A DNA stretch of 64,000 nucleotides from the human T2T-CHM13v2.0 reference genome, Homo sapiens, in assembly GCF_009914755.1 (NCBI RefSeq), contig NC_060925.1. One strand, 5' to 3'. The notes under the pieces were generated by a model. The model worked only from the letters and a program-made list of their open reading frames with translations, did no database searches and was not told the DNA's origin. Below are positions 28,832-41,701 of this stretch, in pieces. The position numbers and the translations under genes are program-made. Every line of letters starts with the position of its first letter. Position 1 is the stretch's first letter.

Positions 28832-29699
28832 GAAGCCTGTAAGTTCTTAAAAATCTTTTAGTATCTAATTTTGCACTCCAGTTCATAGTATTTGTGTTTG
28901 TTTTATAAGCAGTGTTTCGAAATACTTACAACGAGGTAATGTTACTCTCTAGGAAGGTTTCAAACCACATGTACATGTGGCACATCACAGCACTTATGAG
29001 AAGCACAACGCTGTGAAACTTCAAATAAAATAAGGTTTTTGCTTTTGTTTCCTGTAGTAGAATAAGTCTATACTGACGCATTTAAAAAAAACTTTTTAAA
29101 ATGTAAAACTTAAACATTTAATAATGTAAAACTTATGAGGTAGCTCGAGTTTTAAATATATGTATACTGAAAAAAATGTAGTTTACATACATAAACAGAG
29201 CTCAGCAGAGCTGATGTGTGTACATGTCAACATATGCATGGTTTAAGTGTGCATATTAATGTTAGTTATTTGGTTTTTATTTGGTTAATTATTTTGTTTT
29301 TTTATTTGGTTAATTATGATTTTTTAATCCCCAGAGAAAAACAGATCTTCAACAGTTTTTTGATGGAAATAAACAATTTCAAGTTGAGACAACACATCAG
29401 CTTCATGCATTCCTTCAGCTTGAAGTCAACTGGGCCTGGGTTGAATCTGGTTCTGTTTTGTTGTTGTTTCATTTTGTTTTTTAGCATTTGACTATGTACA
29501 GTCTCTATTTCTAAGTCTTGATTTCCTCATTTATAAAACAAAGCAACTAAATGATATCAAATACCCTTGTTTTGAAAATCAAAGAATAAGCACGGCACCC
29601 AAGACAACTTTTTGTATCACAGGCACACATGAATGCTTTTTTCCTTTTCCTTTTCTTATCATAAAAACCTATATTTTATGACTTTTACATTTATTCCTA

Positions 29700-29800
29700 G
29701 ATGCTCTCATATGCATTATCTCATTTTTACAATAACATTATAAATATAAACACTGTTATGCTATTTTACAGATGAGAGACTTGAAGCACAGAAGGCTAAA
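29700..29800 (-). mobile_element. MIR fragment
   Basis: CTATTTTACAGATGAGAGACTTGAAGCACAGAAGGCTAA core. Confidence 0.7.
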
Positions 29801-29999
29801 ACTACCTTTAACTTCTAAAGAAATTTTGTGAGAAGCATCTGAGACTCTTGACAGTTAAAATCCCTATCATTTCAGAAAGTGCAACTGGGGATCACATGTA
29901 TTTTAAATAATTCTAGTTGAGAATAGTCAAAAGTCGCATTTATGAAGGAAGATTGACATTTTTAAGCTTCCCAATGATTTCATCAAGCTTATTTAGTAC

Positions 30000-30125
30000 T
30001 CCTAGCCTCAGTTTCTTCACTTGCAAAATAAGAATACCAAAAACAGGAGCTTCGTGGATTAATTTTAAGAATTAAATGGGAAAATGTTTATCGACATTTT
30101 AGCAGAAGCCTGCTTACAATAAACA
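30000..30125 (+). mobile_element. MIR fragment
   Basis: AGCCTCAGTTTCTTCACTTGCAAAATAAGAATA...AGAATTAAATG. Confidence 0.7.
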
Positions 30126-31149
30126 TTTTAAAAAGTTATCTATCTTAATAAATATCGATTATTTAAAATGAATATATTTTATTTGTGATTTTGTTTTTCT
30201 TGCTTTTTTATTTTTGACAAATCTGCCAGGTGTTCATGAACATTTATTGATCAATTTGAAGTCATCCCATTTCAGTTAAACAGATTTAACTGTATGTATG
30301 AAGATGGTAATGATAAATATAAGTAATCTCTAGATGGCACGATTGCAGATGATTTTCAGTTATTCTATTTGTTTATCAATATTTTATATTTTCTGGTAAA
30401 ATGCATTTATTTTATATGAAGAAACATTATTATATATTAAAACAGACTTTTAATCAAGAAGGCTTAAAGAACTGCATGCAATGTTATAAGGCTCAAAGGT
30501 GGGTAATGCATATTCAAAATGCTCAAACTCAGTTTTGTCATATTGTAAGAAAATTGTCTTCATGATCATTTCAAATGTTTGACCAGCCTCCTTTTAGAAT
30601 TTACTAGAGTGTCATTACTTTTGCTTCTTAACATGACCAATGAGTAGCTCTAAAGAGAAAAGGTGTTAGTTCTGTTCTGCCACTTTCTCATTTATTTCAC
30701 ATCTATTTTGTAGTATCTTTAATCCATATTTGATTGCAAGATTTTTTTTGATCACTTGTCAATTTTTGGAGCATTTATGCTTTTAAAATTTGAAAATATA
30801 ACTCATAAATCCATACCACTAGGCACACAAAAATCATGTCACAATGTGCTTAAATGAACTAATACGTGAAAAAACCATTGTGGTTAACTTCCATTGTGAA
30901 ATGCTCACTCATTTTGCCTTGAAGTATGTCACTGACCACAGAAGGCATGGAGTTATCTGTCAGAGTGTGATAAATAAAGTCAACACAAATATTTAGAATG
31001 CTTAATGCCCATCTAACTTTTTAAATTAATATGTGTATATATAAAATATTAATCCACAAATACGTTGTATATATATATATGAAAATCAGCAGATATCCTA
31101 CTTACACTTTGAGATGTTATCATTTCACTTTGAAAAAATGCTGTAATAA

Positions 31150-32300
31150 ATAATCATTTACTAATTAATAATCATTAATCATTTACATAGTAAATGAGGA
31201 TACATACTGAAACAATATTACACAGCTTCCCATATGCACTCATAAAGTCAAATGAGGAAGACAGATGGTAAACAGTTCAGAAGAAGGAAAAAAGCAGAAG
31301 GAAATAAAAGAGTTTAACGAGGAAGCTCATTTAGACATGATGGGCAAAAATCTCTCAAAGAACTGGTGTTATGGCTCTTCTAAAAGATTAGATGCCATGA
31401 ATCAGGGAACAGTAGGAATGAAGGCTTTGAGTTAGAAAAGAGGAAATTTTATTGTAAGGGACTGTCTAAATCCAATATGACTGTGGTGTAGTGAAAGAGG
31501 GGAACAGTTGAATGAGAAGAGGTGTGAGAGGTAGGCAGGAATTAATTATAACAGGCTTTTCAGCCATTGAACGGGTTTTGCATTTAATCTTCATGCAGTA
31601 GCAAGGGTTTTATATTGGCTGCATGGATAATAGATTAGATAAGCGAAAAGTAGAAGGCAGAAAACAAATTTGGAGTCCATCTCTGTAAAGCAGGGAGGAG
31701 ATGATGATTGTTTGAATGAAGGAATAGCATTGAGGATGCAGAAGAGCAGGTGAATTCAAAGCATGTTCTGAGGACTGAACATTCAGGACTTGCTGATAGA
31801 TTAGATGTATGGTATAAGGAAAAGGGAAGCATCAGGATAGACTCCAAAACTTTTAGCCTGAGCAACTGGTAGATGGTAAAGGCATCTATATCTATTGGGA
31901 TGAGGAAAATTGGGGAAGAAGTGTGCTTGAGAGAGTAAATCAAGAGTATCCTTTCAACCAGATTGGGCTAGTGCCTTGGTGATGTAATGTAATGTTCAAA
32001 AGGGAAATTCAAGTTTCTATCTTTTGTAATTGGATGAGTGGTGGCATGATTTACTGAGATGGGAAATAAGAAAGAAACAGATTCGTTCTTACTCTAAATT
32101 GGTGGAATTATCAGATCTCTATTTCCAAGGCATATTCAAGAGGCATTTAAGATGAGAGGCTGAATATGAATTTGGGACTGCAAGTTTGGCATGCAAAGGA
32201 GAGATCTGGGATCTGGATATATTCATTTTAGAGTTAAAATACTGTTATTTAAAGCAAGGGGTATGGAACCTGGGGAAAGAAATGTAGAGACAGAAGAAAA
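31150..32300 (-). mobile_element. L2 fragments
   Basis: CAGGACTTGCTGATAGATTAGATGT...GACTCCAAAACTTTTAGCCTGAGCAACTGGTAGATGG; a second similar segment near 32020-32080. Confidence 0.75.
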
Positions 32301-32481
32301 CCTGGTAGCAAGATAGTAGCAAACTCCGTGTTTCCAAAGAAAAATTTTTAAAGTTCCATTCTAGTATTCATGTCTCATAGAAAAAAAAAATCTTAAAATA
32401 AACTATAATGGTTTTAAATAAACTCCAGCTTGCTGGTATAGCTTAATGATGTATGAAAGTATGCATTCTCCAAATCACATA

Positions 32482-32827
32482 CAGATGCCCCTCGGCCTAG
32501 ATTGGGGTTACATCCTGATTAACTCATCATAAATTGAAAATATTGTAACAGAAAAACGCATTTAATTCACCTACCAAACATCATAGCTTAGACCAGCCTA
32601 CCTTAAACATGCTGAGAACATTTACATTAGTCTATAGCTGGACAAAAACATTTTAGCAGAAAGCCTATTTTATAACAAGGGGTTGAATGTCTCACATAAT
32701 TTATTGAATACTGTACTGAAAGTGAAAAATAGAAGTGTAGTTTTTACTGAATGCACACTGTTTTCAAACCATTCCTAAAGTCAAAAAATCAAAAGTCAAA
32801 CCACTATGAAAAGTGGGAGACTGTCTA
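32482..32827 (+). mobile_element. MER47A (Tigger5-derived MITE), near complete
   Basis: TA|CAGATGCCCCTCGG...GGGGTTACATCCTGAT...CATCATAGCTTAG...TTGAATACTGTACTGAAAGTGAAAAA...GGGAGACTGTCTA|TA. Confidence 0.9.
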
Positions 32828-32971
32828 TATACAGTTTGAAAACTTTTGGCTACTTTTCAGAGTCTAGGTCACTCAGTTGCCTGATACTTTGTAACACTAT
32901 TTCTCTGTTTCTTACTGTATTCAAATTATTGTTTTTGAAAAATGATTTTATTCACTACAAAACCTCTGCTA

Positions 32972-33625
32972 GCTGTGGTTAATTACTACTCTACCTTTTT
33001 GTGTACCTGTCTCTTCTGCAGGGTATGGAAAATTAAAAACTATACTTCTCAATTTCCCTTGTAACCATGATAGGCAATGCAAATTCAGTTCTTTCAATTA
33101 GATGCACCAAAAGACTGAAAACAACTTACCATTATTGGCTATTTTCTGTTGTCAAGTCATGGAGATGCCAGAGTTAGCCTTGTGGAAGTTGAGAGACCTT
33201 GATGACGGTCACAAGTCCAGGCATACCAGAGTCTAGTCTGTACTCTCTTGGATGTTAATTGCATTTTAGCTGTGACCAGACTCTGTTTCCAGGGTATAAG
33301 CTTCTCTTGGGGAGGGAGCCTGATTCTGGCTTCCTGATCCCTGCATCACAGCCAAGTTAATATATTCTCGCATTCAATAGTTGCAGTTTCAACTCCTGAT
33401 TCTCCATCTTCCTGCCTGTGTTAGAAAGTAGTAGTTCACCTGGCAAATGAGTGCCACAGTGTTCTGTCAATCATTCTAGAAAGGCCATCATAGAGCCCAT
33501 TGTTCCAGTATTTGCTGCAGTTTTGCAAGAACTTTTATAAAAACCGATAGTTTCCTAAATCCTTGTCTGCACAAAAATACTGAGAGATATTTTTACTTCC
33601 TTTATTAAAACAAGACCCATAGCCT
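32972..33625 (+). mobile_element. ERVL solo LTR (LTR41/LTR16-like)
   Basis: GGAAAATTAAAAACTATACTTCTCAATTTCCCTTGTAACC...CAATTAGATGCACC; 3' TAAATCCTTGTCTGCACAAAAATAC. Confidence 0.55.
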
Positions 33626-34246
33626 GATTTAACTCTGGGGATAAGCAGAGTATCAGCTGGAATTAAACACTATAAAATTGTCGATAGAGAGGATCCTTCG
33701 AATCATGAATTTTTCATTATTTAATTTAGTATAATACATCGATTTATTATGGGTTTACATTGAGAAATACAGACAAACTTAGTAACCAGTACCCAATTTC
33801 AAAATTTATGAGATAATTCCTGGGTAAAAAATAAGTGACTGGCAGTTATGATTAACAGTTCACACTCTTATGCTTAATGTCCCTATCCATTACACACAAA
33901 TTGAAGTAATTTATTTCTAAAAGCACTTTATTAATAGAAAAAGGAAAAGAAGATTCATTTATGTAACTGCACTCATAATAAAATTGTCAGAATCATTCTA
34001 TTAGAAGAAACAATATACCTTCTTAAAGACACAAATATATCCCTTTTTATGGCTAAAGTATTTGATGTAATTTGATTTATGGCGTAACAATTGAACAACT
34101 AGAAATGCAAAATGTACTCTTTTCAGATCTTGTGATAAATATTCAGAGTTCTGAGCTCATATCTATTATATTTTATTGCTCTATATCAAAAAAATAATGA
34201 AAGAACAGGAATTTGTCTCCCTCAAAAGTTAAGTTTAGTATTCTCT

Positions 34247-34630
34247 AGTATTAGTCCATTCTCACACTGTTAATAAAAACATACTTGAGACTGGGTAATT
34301 TATAGAGGAAAGAGGTTTAATTGACTGAGAGTTCAACATGGCTGAGGAGGCCTCAGGAAACTTAGAATCATGGTGGAAGGGGAAGAAAACATGGCCTGCT
34401 TCACATGGCGGCAGCGAGGAGAAATGCCAAGCAAAAGGGGGAAAAGCCCGTTATAAAGTCATCATATCTCATGAGAACTCACTCTCTATTATGAGAATAG
34501 CAGCATGGGAGAAACTGCCCCCATGATTCAATTACCTCCCACCAGGTCCTTCCCACAACACAACACGTGGGAATTGTGGGAACTATCATTCAAGATGAGA
34601 TTTGGGTGGGGACACAGCCAAACCATATCA
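34247..34630 (-). mobile_element. THE1 (THE1C-like) MaLR solo LTR
   Basis: GTATTAGTCCATTCTCACACTG...GAGACTGGGTAATTTATA...GAGATTTGGGTGGGGACACAGCCAAACCATATCA. Confidence 0.93.
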
Positions 34631-34959
34631 TCACTTGTGTGATACTTAAATATGGAAGATATTTTTCAGGCCAGAAGAACAGGTCAAGCACAGTGGCTGG
34701 CATACACCAGGTGATCAATAATTATATGTCCAGTGAATAAATGAGTGACTTAAGAGATTCTAAACAACAACCACAAAAATAGGTGATTTGGAAAATCACC
34801 ATGGATGAGGTTGGCCACACAAGCTTAAACAAAACAGTTATTAAACAGCCATTATGAAGAAAAGAATCAAACATTACTCTGAAATCAGTTGAGCTGGCTT
34901 TGGTTCCTAAATATGTGTTTTATTTAATATATTTCATGTTCAAATAATAAAAAAAACTC

Positions 34960-35045
34960 CAACCTTGATATTTTCTCATCTGTAAAATAGGGATAACAAA
35001 GCTTCCCTTGCATAGTGGCGATAAGGGTTACATGATGGGTGCTCA
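34960..35045 (+). mobile_element. MIR fragment
   Basis: TTTTCTCATCTGTAAAATAGGGATAA core. Confidence 0.7.
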
Positions 35046-37222
35046 AGAAATCGTGGTTATAGGTATTGCACAAGTATTTTAATTTTTATAGAAAAAAGTG
35101 TTTAAACCAAGAAAATTTAAATATCATCCCTTGCTTTTTAAGAAAGAGTAAAGCAAAGTGTTTCTAGAAGCCCTGCCGAGCACTTTAGGTGCCTCGTGAC
35201 TTGTCATGATAATTCCTCCGCTTCTATGAACATCCTTCACTCTCACTACACCTTTTGAGAAAAGATTAAATTCAGTATTGATATGAATCCTGTCTACAGT
35301 TTAATTCTCCGATATGTGGGTTCTTCCTCCAACTGATGGAAAAAGAAGTATTAATACAAGTGAAACCATGTCAGCTTTAAATTCAATTTTACAGAATTTT
35401 TTTTTCACATTTGAAAACTGCGCTAATAAAGGTTAAATTACAAGTGTATGTCTTTATATGTACATAAATATTAATGCCAAATGTGTTCCTACACATGTGT
35501 TATATTGCATGCTTTTCATGTAAGCTGCTGAACCCTCATACCGAACACGGGTGCCTCCATGTCCCTCAAGGACAATGAGAAAGAACCAAGTGTGCCAAGT
35601 CTGTGGTTACATGCAGAGCTGGAAAAGAGGAGGTGACAGAGTAGTTTGGCTAATTATCAACATAATTTTGAAACCAACTCTCTAGAAGAGAGAGCTTAAA
35701 GCTATAGAAATACCTCTGAAATGCTATGCAAAAGTTAAAGTCTCATCTTAATTTATTAATCCTATAAATTCACACAAAAATTCTACCAGCTTCTGAAAGA
35801 AAGTGTCTATTTGCCATCACATCATCCAATAAATAGCATGGTAATAATAAAAGAAGCAAACATAGTTTAATGTTTGGAGTTCAATTCAAACGATCTCATT
35901 AAAGTAGAAATGTCTAGTGCATGAGAAGCACAGTAGACGAGTAAAAAGTTAATTAACTCGTATTTATTTTCAAAATGCATTTATTAAAAATGAATTACAC
36001 AGGTAAGTTATGTTTGCCAATTCTTACAGCTACACACTTCCAAGGACATCAGGGTTTTCCTGAATCTAAACTTTTAAAATATCACTACCCCTTTAAAGCT
36101 ACCTTGAAGAAATTTTGCTTATGGCATAAGCACTTGTAACACAGGACACAGTAACAAATGAAAGAAGAAATAAAATTCATCCTGCACCCATGGTGCCAAG
36201 TTGGCTTTTTAAGGAACAATTAAAAGGAATACGTAACTATTTTTACACATTTTCTTGATACATAATAAATTTGGGAAACAGGGAAATCAGCAACTGAATT
36301 GATAATTTCTTTGCACTATGGTGCCTTAGTTGTCTATATAGAGCTTTATTACTCTATAAATATATAATAAAATTTGGAATGATAGGCCCATTTGGCAGTG
36401 TAGTGAATAATTAGTAAACTCAAGAGTACAAATTGAATCACATTTTGGCAAAGAATTGAAGAAAACACAAACAATGCAACAAAATTCATTGCTGAGGATG
36501 TTCAAAAGCTAATTCACATCAACAAATATACTTCACCCAAAGTGACATATTAAAACACATAGAGGAAAGGAATACTGGTGCTCAGGATAAACTCAACCTA
36601 AGCAAGAAAAAAAAAACTAATGCAAATCATTATTTTCAAAGAGCAAAATTCATGACATCTAAAGTTTAATGCCCATTTGTGGGCTCAGCCAGCCCCAATG
36701 AAATGTCAATTACCAGAAGACTAACAATCCTTATGTGTAATAGTAAGCCCTAGCCAACCAATAGAAAGTTGAAAATACTATAGTACAACGTGGGAACTGT
36801 ATGACCTGACACAAGATTATACACTGACACAGGGGGTTATAAGCAAGAACATGCTGAATGAATCTTCAGTGAAATGGCCCATACATTGTATCACTTTGAT
36901 TATCAGATAAGACCTAACACCATAGGAAAAATGACTTATCTCTTGACTTCAGGGAAATACAATAGGATATTAATTAATATACTAGTTTTTTTTGTTAAAA
37001 GTCTTAGATTTATTCATTATTTTAAAACTAGGTACCTCTTCTTGTTCTTTTATTGAGACAGCAAAGGAAGATCTGCCTGGCTCAGGTATACAACGTGAGT
37101 AGCCAAAGAATGAAGATGCATAGGATGACATCAGAGAACAGGGCGTGGTTTTGCTTTTAATATTTTGCAGTCCCCTTCCAGTTGCCTTTCTACTTATATT
37201 CAAGTAGAAGAATTGGTAAAAC

Positions 37223-37245
37223 GAGAGAGAGAGAGAGAGAGAGAG
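37223..37245. repeat. (GA)n microsatellite
   Basis: Direct read. Confidence 0.95.
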
Positions 37246-38138
37246 TATTTTTTTCCTCTTAGGACTAAATTATAGAAACACCATAAGCATTTTAAATCAA
37301 AGATCAGCTGTTTTAGGAATTCATTGTAATATCAATCCTATCTTATGTATTAACATTAGCAATCTAAGGTTTTCCCTAGCATGGGGAAATAGAAAACAAT
37401 CCACCAGTTAGAAAAAAAAATCTTATTCTAAGCTTAACATTTTTATGATTAAAACATAAAATTATTGAGAGTGACATTTCTGCAATACTAATGGATGTGA
37501 GAATCATAAATTACAATAGAATGACTTTCTAAAAAACAATATTGAATACATTTTCTTCTTTTACTCTGATGTAACATCACATAGATCCTAACTCTGTATG
37601 TAGGTTTTACAGCTGTATTGGGCTGTTATAAGCCATGGCCCTTGAAAATCCTGATCTTTATTCTTTTTCTCTGTAAGATAAAGAATGAATTTTAGCACAC
37701 AAGAGATCATCTGGAAATAAACAGAAGATTTTCATATTAACAATTTTCCTCTTTTCTGTTACATTCAGTATCTAATATAAGGTTTTCACTTTCTCTTTTG
37801 TCTGTAAAGAAACTAGATGATGTTTATCTGCTTGAAAACTATCATAACATAATGTACAGTATTATAATAATCTACTACGATAGTACCTTCTGTGTTTCTA
37901 TGATTTTATTTATATGTATTCACTTTCCCAAAAGGATATATCATTAACTCTGCCCCAACATTTATTAGGAAAAATCATCTATGTTTTCTTGATCAGATTT
38001 AAAACTTCATCAATACTTCTACATGCTTTATGCTATTATATACCAAAGTAGAATTACCAAACTACGAAGAATATATACTTATAAATTAACATTACATATC
38101 ATTAACATTAATATAGAGATTCATGTTATAAACATTTC

Positions 38139-38175
38139 ATATATATATATATACACATATATATATATATATATA
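38139..38175. repeat. Interrupted (TA)n microsatellite
   Basis: Direct read. Confidence 0.93.
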
Positions 38176-39973
38176 GTGAGAAAGCACTTACTTCCTCTCA
38201 AAATAACCCAGTTAATCTTTGAAACTCTTTTGATATGATGTGTTGTGTTATTATACACAGTATATGTAGGGATTAGGTTAAGAAAATAAATCTACTAGAA
38301 AAACAAATTGAAGAATTGCTCCCTTCCAGTTTTCCTTCCAGTTTAGCCATTACTGAGCCAAAGGTGAAAAGACTGAAAAAATTAAACTGCCTTTCTCTAA
38401 TTCTACATCCCACCCAACTAGTAGGAGATTTAATTTTTATATACTTGTAAAAATGTGATTCATGTACGAAAATCTAGATTGTCTATGCTTTTCTTTGTTT
38501 AGTTCTAAAGAATTTACATTGTGGCCTATTTATTAAGAGCTCTGAGGTGCCTCATGGTGAGTTCAAGTGCAAAAGAGGGTCTCTATTTGCATTTGAATTA
38601 CCGCTATCCTCAAATAACCAATCAAGTAATGTCTCATTTTGAAGGGCAAGTGGGTGGGAAGAAAGAGTAGTAAGTATAAAGTTTATATTTCACATGATGT
38701 GCCAGATCTTCCCCTACATATAATTTTTCAAATTGGGAAAGAATGGAGGAGTCAAGTGATTATTATACTCCTGGCATTTTGATGAAGACAAGGACATAGC
38801 CATGCCAATCATCTTTCCTATTTCATTTCCTGAAAGGGAAAGATCAGTTAGTATGATTATCTTATTTGGTGTACAGTAATTTTACAGAAAGTATTGATTC
38901 TTTTCATTTATTTAAATGTGTACCACATATTATCCCATAAGATTCCACAGTATTATATCCCATAAAACTATATAATTTCTCATTTAATAAAAATAAACAA
39001 TAAGAAAATAAGATACTATATTTTGTCATCTAATCCTTTAATATTTCAAATGTTAACATTAACACTGAATCATAATCAGTGTGCTAAAATTAAAGGCAAA
39101 AATAGGTATTTTTGTTTTGCTCTATGTCAGAATAATTGTTGAAATGTTAAGCCTTTTTAAATTTAATGATTGAAAGAAATAAAATGAAGACCACACTTAA
39201 TGGAAATCAAAAGAATTTGTAGAATTAGACAATTTTCATGATATAAATACTGCATACATTTTAGCATGTATTAAAATTATATTAATATGCAATATATAGT
39301 CAACATGCAGTAAAAGGTTTCTACTGATACTAATAAACATATCAGCATTTAGTTAACAGAATAACTGTATTCATCTTAGTTATATTGAAAGTGATAATTA
39401 ATTGAGTTCAATCACTGAATTCTTAAAAAAAAGATTATATAGGTGGTATAATTCAAAGGTAGATTTTCTGTAACTTAACTAAATTGACCCAAATATGGTT
39501 ATATTTGCATTATTGTAATAGCTAATCAATGAGCAGTTAATAATTGCCATTTGGTCACCATATGGCCAAACTAATTTAGTTATTCCAAGTGACCAAAATA
39601 ACATAAAGAGCTATTTGTTATTCTATTAAAACCTTAAATACAAATTGGAGTAACCATGTAACCAATATTCAAACTTGCAATAAAATATATTTCTTATAAA
39701 AAAATATTAAATCTAAATCATATAAATGTTCTGCTCATACCATCTGAGAGCATAATATGGCTACATTCCACACTTGAGTGCCAAATTTGTTGTCTGGCTG
39801 CTCTGGGATTAAGGTACATCCAAATAAAAGCATATGCTTGAAATATACAGAAGCCTACAAATACTCAAAATGCACTTTTCTGTAGCTTTGAAAATGAACA
39901 TGGACTATCTATCAAGAGAACTACAAGGCAGCAGAAGAACTTGAGCATCTATATCTAGCTACCAAGTGAAGAG

Positions 39974-39978
<5 letters not shown>

Positions 39979-40027
<49 letters not shown>
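39979..40027. repeat. (TG)~24 pure microsatellite
   Basis: Direct read. Confidence 0.98.
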
Positions 40028-40031
<4 letters not shown>

Positions 40032-40758
40032 CGTGCTCTTCTTTTTAATCATGGTCATGTAAATCAGCATTGAAAGCCATGTGGGTGATTAAGCTGAGAA
40101 TCACACCCAAAACTTTCACAATCAGTGCACATATATGGTATTTTGGCTTCTTATATTTCTGACCATCTGTCAAAATGGCAAAAAGCCCAATTCAAAGTTG
40201 CCAGATCCTAGCAAGTAGTTTTCAGATGGTTATGGGTTTCAAGGGATATTCTAAATAATAAATAACACTTGTCATTTAAGGATTTCTGGCATTCTAATAA
40301 AAAAGAAATCGTATTATACTTCTTTTATGCCAAAGCAAATAGTATATAGATAAACATCATACTTCCTAGCAAGTGAAGTAAGTAAATGGGAACATCTTGA
40401 AACAACAACTAAAAATATTACTTCTAGGTTGTTTGAATCATTGTCTTCTTTAAATAGAGATTTGAGTTTAAGTGTTTTCCCATTCAGTAATGGATCTATA
40501 TGAATTGGTCTGATTTGTACTTATATTAACTGGCCTCAACTGGACCTAGGGGTAGGATTTGTGAAGGCAGGGCCACTGAACAGTGATAGAGTCCCTGTGT
40601 GAAATAGAAAGTCCGGTGACCTGAAAACCAAGGAAATCCTTGTACTTTATTTCTCTTTGCCTTTTATTTTTGGTGCCTTTCAACACCTTACTTAACAGCT
40701 CCAACTCTCATTTTATTCATGTTTAAAATTAAGCAACTGAAATAAATAATTGCTCGTC

Positions 40759-41071
<313 letters not shown>

Positions 41072-41484
41072 TGCTCGTCTTTTTAATAGTATTTTTTAAA
41101 TTCTAGAATGCATAAAATATTCTCTATTCCTCAATGCCCCAATCACAGATCTTCTCTGTGTATCTTTAAAAATGGGCCCCCCTCTTTCCCAATCAGAATT
41201 ATTTCCCCATTTGTGTTCCCATAGTACTTTGTACATAAATCTATTAGAATACCTACTACATGATAGTGTAAGTTTATGTATGTTTACGATGTCTCTGGTA
41301 AACATTTTGAGAGCTCCTCAAGAGCAGACACGTTTTGGCATTCCTAATATTTAACCCAGTGCCCAGCATACAGTATCTACTGAATAGTCACGTATTACAG
41401 TAAACAGAGACACAAGTATGTGCAACACTAAAACAATAGTAACTTTAGAAAAATAAAAACCACATGCACACACATTATATATAT

Positions 41485-41701
41485 ATTTGCAAATAAACAT
41501 ATATCTTACATATTATATATTACTTATATATGTATGTACATATATATTACATATATAATATGTATGTACACATATAAAATATACGTATATATTACATATA
41601 TGTATGTACACATATGTAATATATGTATATATTACATATATGTATGTACACATATATGTAATATATGTATATATTATATATATATATGTTTATTTGCAAA
41701 T
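41485..41701. repeat. AT-rich minisatellite (~4 copies of a ~40-bp unit) bounded by perfect 20-bp inverted repeats
   Basis: Unit ~TATGTATGTACACATATGTAATATATGTATATATTACATA; ends ATTTGCAAATAAACATATAT (41485-41504) and ATATATGTTTATTTGCAAAT (41682-41701). Confidence 0.92.

Noticed and set aside
28965-28980. Perfect 16-bp palindrome CCACATGTACATGTGG (also 45344-45359 and the 14-bp 46097-46110)
   Set aside because: A few palindromes of this size are expected by chance in 64 kb of AT-rich DNA.
29274-29317. Short direct duplications (also ~26987-27025, ~38322-38344, ~52778-52799)
   Set aside because: Ordinary slippage micro-duplications with two copies only; not an array.
38585-38592. Octamer ATTTGCAT motifs (also near 2190 and 39503)
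   Set aside because: An AT-rich 8-mer expected several times by chance; no supporting promoter context.
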